Shown here piece after piece: positions 59,903 through 64,000 of a stretch of 64,000 nt of DNA. Source of the DNA: Pachysolen tannophilus NRRL Y-2460 (Eukaryota). The translations under genes and the position numbers were made by a program. Below the pieces are notes generated by a model. The model saw nothing but the letters and a program-made list of their open reading frames with translations, had not been told where the DNA came from and made no database searches. Positions within the stretch are counted from its first letter, which is position 1; each line of letters starts with the position of its first letter. The DNA lies in the NCBI GenBank assembly GCA_001661245.1, contig KV454013.1:776502-840501 (forward strand), in the 5' to 3' direction.

Positions 59903-61669
59903 ATGACGACTGGAGCAGAGATTATAGCTGAAACGTTACAGCTGTTAGGTGTGAGAATTGTATTTGGGATTGTTGGTATACCAATTGTGGAAATTGCAGA
60001 TGAGTTGATAAAACGCAAGATTAGATTTATTTCATTTAGAAATGAGCAATCTGCTTCTTACGCGGCTTCTGCCTATGGATATTTAACTGGGAAACCAGGT
60101 GTCTTACTAGTTGTTGGAGGTCCTGGTTTAATTCATGCTACTGCCGGAATTTTGAATTCAATTTCTAATAGATGGCCTTTATTAGTATTGGCTGGTTCCA
60201 CAGGTTCTTCGAATTTTGATAAAGGTGGCTTCCAAGAAATGGATCAGGTGAGTTTGTTGAAACCGTATGTTAAATTCTCCACTAGACCTAGATCAATTCA
60301 AGCTTTGCCCCAATTAGTTGAAAAACTGTTGAAGGACTGTTTAGTTGGAGTTCCAGGTGTTACTTATGTGGATTTACCTGGTGATATGATCCAGATGAAG
60401 GTGGATGCCGATGAAGATGTCCACGAAGATGTGTTAGTTCTGTTGAAAGATATTTCATGCTCAGAGGTACTAGAAACAGGTGCTCCAAAGTTCTTGCCAG
60501 AACCATCACTGTTATACAGAGCTTGTAAATTGATTAAATCGGCCAAATTCCCATTAATTGTATTGGGTAAAGGAGCAGCTTATTCCGATTGTCCTGAAAT
60601 TTTAAGATCATTTATCACAAGTCATAATTTAGCATTTTTACCAACACCAATGGGTAAAGGTATAATGTGTGATTACTCTCAGTTAAATGTTTCTTCTTGT
60701 AGATCAGCAGCTTTGAAAAATGCAGACGTTATCATATTGGTTGGTGCAAGATTAAATTGGATCTTACATTTTGGTGAGTCACCAAGATTTAATGAAGATG
60801 TAAAATTTATTCAGCTTGATTTGTCTTCTGAAGATATTGGGAATAATGGTTCCTTAACAAGTTACAAATACGGGTTGGTTGGAGATATTGGATTAACAAT
60901 AGAAGCATTGGATAAATTATTGAAGGGTTATAATGCACCTTCTCTTCCAGGAACATTAAAGGATATCATTAAATCCAATGAATCGAAATTAGCTAAAAGG
61001 GAAGAATATTTTTCAACATCTTCATTATTGAACTATTTCCAGGTTTACAAGATACTTAAAGATATAATAACTCCTATTGAAGACGACATAATATACGTTA
61101 TTGAAGGTGCAAACACTATGGATTATGCTAGACAATGTTTTCCTGCAACAATGCCAAAACAACGTTTAGATGCTGGTACTAATGCCACAATGGGTGTTGG
61201 TCTAGGCTATGCAATAGCTGCAAAGATATCCCATCCAAAAAAATTGGTTCTCGCCATTGAAGGTGATTCGGCCTTTGGCTTCTCACTGATGGAGTTGGAA
61301 ACCATAAGAAGAGCCAATCTTCCAGTATTAATTGTTGTGATGAACAATTCCGGAATCTATCATGGTATAAAACCTGAAAGGTACTTATCCAATGATGATA
61401 ATCAGAATTTACCCTCAACGGCTTTGGGTTATAATGTACGTTATGATTTATTGGCAAAATCTTTTGGTATAACTGGATACTATTGTGATACTTATGGCAA
61501 TATCAAGCAAAGTTTCACCAAGGCAGTCGACAACTACTACAAAAAGGGAGAATCTAGTTTGTTAAATATCATCATTGATCCTGCTGTGGATACAAAGTTG
61601 CAATTTGGATGGCAAAGTGGTGGTACCAAAAAGAAAAAAAGCACCAATACAAGTAGTCCTAAGCTATAG
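59903..61669 (+). CDS. PXP1: ThDP-dependent 2-hydroxyacyl-CoA lyase / oxalyl-CoA decarboxylase family, peroxisomal (ends PKL)
   Basis: VFGIVGIPI, FRNEQSASYAASAYGYLTGKPG, RLDAGTNATMGVGLGYA, ThDP motif GDSAFGFS...NN, PTS1-like PKL. Confidence 0.9.
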   Translation: MTTGAEIIAETLQLLGVRIVFGIVGIPIVEIADELIKRKIRFISFRNEQSASYAASAYGYLTGKPGVLLVVGGPGLIHATAGILNSISNRWPLLVLAGSTGSSNFDKGGFQEMDQVSLLKPYVKFSTRPRSIQALPQLVEKLLKDCLVGVPGVTYVDLPGDMIQMKVDADEDVHEDVLVLLKDISCSEVLETGAPKFLPEPSLLYRACKLIKSAKFPLIVLGKGAAYSDCPEILRSFITSHNLAFLPTPMGKGIMCDYSQLNVSSCRSAALKNADVIILVGARLNWILHFGESPRFNEDVKFIQLDLSSEDIGNNGSLTSYKYGLVGDIGLTIEALDKLLKGYNAPSLPGTLKDIIKSNESKLAKREEYFSTSSLLNYFQVYKILKDIITPIEDDIIYVIEGANTMDYARQCFPATMPKQRLDAGTNATMGVGLGYAIAAKISHPKKLVLAIEGDSAFGFSLMELETIRRANLPVLIVVMNNSGIYHGIKPERYLSNDDNQNLPSTALGYNVRYDLLAKSFGITGYYCDTYGNIKQSFTKAVDNYYKKGESSLLNIIIDPAVDTKLQFGWQSGGTKKKKSTNTSSPKL

Positions 61670-61792
61670 ATATATTTACTCAACTATTTCTCACTCTATT
61701 ATATAGCACCCTTTATATACATTCATCTGATTTCATCTGATTTATCTTCATCTTTGAGTCGTTTTGTGAGTCGTTTTGAATTTGAAGCGAAG

Positions 61793-61848
61793 TGAAATTT
61801 TTTTTCAAAAAATTTTTTTTTTTTTTTTTAAATTTAATGAAAATTTTT
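61793..61848. promoter_or_regulatory. Two RRPE-like elements (TGAAATTTTT, TGAAAATTTTT) upstream of SYO1
   Basis: Consensus-like motifs within 130 bp of a ribosome-biogenesis gene. Confidence 0.5.
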
Positions 61849-61918
61849 CAAATTTATTAGAATAAACTAAATATTTAATGGAATTTTTTATGAGCTTGAT
61901 TATCGTAGGATAGACAAG

Positions 61919-63892
61919 ATGGGTAAGCTTAAGAAGAACTCTAGAAACTCAAGATTGAGGAGACAAAAATTAGCCGCTGGTGTGAAGCAGGATGGTGACA
62001 GTGTGAGCGAAACAAAGAGAGTTTTACCACTTTTACAGAAACTTTCATCTACTTCACCAAACGATAGATCTATGGCTTTAAGTACCATAACTTTATTATG
62101 CGAGGATCCTAATTTGAGAAGAATTTTCTTGAAGGAAAAATTGGTTAAAATTGTGCTTGAGCAGTGTATCAATGATAACAACGATGAGATAGTTGTTGAA
62201 AGTTTTGGGTTATTAAGAAATTTGGTTATTGATGAAGGAGTATCATTGATCAAACATTTGCTAAGATCGAATTTATGGTTTTTAATTGAGCACAATATTA
62301 ATACTAAATGTAAGAATTCATTTCATTATTTGTTTGGTAATAATGATAACGATAGTGGTAACAACAATAGTGGTAATAACAAGCCAGTTACTGTCAAGAC
62401 AGATGAGATAAACCAGTTGTTTGATTTTACAGAAACTTTAATCAGCTTAGTTCTTAGTATATTAACTTGTTCAGATGATGAGATTTTTGTTCAATATTAT
62501 CAGAAGTTGAATGAAGGTGAAATATTGAATTTTATTGTTGATTTAATTAATTTAAATCTTAATTCGAACAGCTTAAAGTTTTCTAAAAAATTATTTCAAG
62601 CTTTGTTGGAATTCATTTATCAATTATCTAACCAATCTTCTGATTTTGTATTGAAAATAGTACCATTGATATCATTGACCAAGCTTTTGCAATTTGATGA
62701 AAATTTTACAATTTTATCAAGGTTATCTCACATTTATATTCAAGGAATCAAATTTCATTATACGGAATTAACAGATGAATCTATTACTAATAGAGATGAA
62801 TTCATATTGGCAACTTTAAGATCCATTACATCAATAATTTCTACAATAAATATTGAAGAATCGTTAAAGCTTTTAAACAAGCCAATTGATAATACAGAAC
62901 CTAATAATGCTACAAAGGAAGAAGAAAATAATAAAGAACTTTCTACAATAAATGATGAGTTATTATCCATTGATATATCATTGGATATAATAGCCACTTT
63001 GATTGAATTTAATGGCTCAGAAAATTATGAAGAGTCTATTAGTTTAAATCAAGATTTGATGCAATTTTATATATCTTCACTAATCCCAATGATAATCCAA
63101 TTATTTACAAATTATAATGAATACTTTACTAATAAGGTTTTAATTGTTTTGAACAATCTTTCATGGTTATTTTCGCAACTGGATGAAAAACCTGTTGAAT
63201 GGTTTGAAAGTCTGCAAAAATTATATGAAATAGTGATTACTAAATTCTTATTATTAGAGGATTATAAAAATGATTTGGCTCTTGTAACTGATTACTTGAA
63301 TCTGTTATTTATCTTAGGTAAAACATTACATCATACATTACCATTCAATTTGAATAAAGAACAGTTGGATAAAATTTTGAAACTATCAAATAGTGTTATT
63401 GATATTTCTACAGATGAATCACAAGCAGAAGCAGAGGAAGAGGAACCACAATTAATCAAACAATTTTTCATAGCTTTAATTAGTTTCTTGGCTATTATAG
63501 CGAAAGTTCCATCACAATTAGAAATCACCTCCATTATATCAGATTATATTTTCCAATTAATCAAATTTTCTATGGAATCCCTAACAATAGATCAGCAGCA
63601 TCAAAATAATAAATTGTTTAAACACTTGAAACAAAACTATATTTTTGAACTTATAATAACTGAAGCTATTAATTCTATATTTGACATTTATGATGACAAG
63701 ACAAATGATTATGATTATCAACTTTTTGTTGCTGGAGGTTTAAATAATACTTTGAAAATTTTTGAAAAAGAATTCAAGTCCATTTATAAGAAAATTGATA
63801 AAAATAAAGATGAAATATTAAAATCCAAGAGTGAAGAAACTCTGATCAACTTGGGACGGTTTATTCAATACAAAGAAGATGAAGCAAGTTAA
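61919..63892 (+). CDS. SYO1: Symportin Syo1/HEATR3 (Rpl5-Rpl11 import adaptor)
   Basis: MGKLKKNSR, VLPLLQKLSS, FLKEKLV, VESFGLLRNL, C-terminal IFDIYDD..YDY and NLGRFIQYK. Confidence 0.88.
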   Translation: MGKLKKNSRNSRLRRQKLAAGVKQDGDSVSETKRVLPLLQKLSSTSPNDRSMALSTITLLCEDPNLRRIFLKEKLVKIVLEQCINDNNDEIVVESFGLLRNLVIDEGVSLIKHLLRSNLWFLIEHNINTKCKNSFHYLFGNNDNDSGNNNSGNNKPVTVKTDEINQLFDFTETLISLVLSILTCSDDEIFVQYYQKLNEGEILNFIVDLINLNLNSNSLKFSKKLFQALLEFIYQLSNQSSDFVLKIVPLISLTKLLQFDENFTILSRLSHIYIQGIKFHYTELTDESITNRDEFILATLRSITSIISTINIEESLKLLNKPIDNTEPNNATKEEENNKELSTINDELLSIDISLDIIATLIEFNGSENYEESISLNQDLMQFYISSLIPMIIQLFTNYNEYFTNKVLIVLNNLSWLFSQLDEKPVEWFESLQKLYEIVITKFLLLEDYKNDLALVTDYLNLLFILGKTLHHTLPFNLNKEQLDKILKLSNSVIDISTDESQAEAEEEEPQLIKQFFIALISFLAIIAKVPSQLEITSIISDYIFQLIKFSMESLTIDQQHQNNKLFKHLKQNYIFELIITEAINSIFDIYDDKTNDYDYQLFVAGGLNNTLKIFEKEFKSIYKKIDKNKDEILKSKSEETLINLGRFIQYKEDEAS

Positions 63893-64000
63893 AAACTTTA
63901 CCTATATAGAAGTTCTATAGCACAATACTATTATAATTTGTCAATTTTTTCAAAAAGAACAACAACAATAATAAAATAAATTAATATGAATAAATGTAAA

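Overview
AT-rich, gene-dense budding-yeast (Saccharomycotina) chromosomal segment with 24 recognisable protein-coding genes. In order: CDC16, LYS1, MAK11, a Pho85-type cyclin, RAD7, PRP39, RAD23, UTR4, a patatin/TGL lipase, FLD1/SFA1, MNN4-like, NTA1, CBF1, SCW4/10, CWC22, CAB4, UBP15, UTR1, GDA1, BFA1, ARG4, DED81, cytosolic ProRS, SLM5, PXP1 and SYO1. No tRNA, rRNA or transposon is evident. There are two assembly gaps, one flanked by a probably artefactual ~0.9 kb duplication. Main results: (1) in-frame CTG codons fall at conserved alanine positions and inside poly-Ala tracts, so the organism appears to read CUG as Ala. That points to the CUG-Ala clade (Pachysolen tannophilus-like; the species is inferred), and the supplied translations are then wrong at every CTG. 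(2) The formaldehyde dehydrogenase stop codon sits in a readthrough-type context (AAA TAA CTA G) and is followed in frame by LAVASKL-stop, a hidden PTS1 that predicts a peroxisomal isoform. (3) The lipase gene is split by a single -1 frameshift at an A9/T6 run. (4) Three aminoacyl-tRNA synthetase genes are adjacent, and several ancestral synteny blocks are retained. All gene calls come from recognising motifs by eye, not from database searches.
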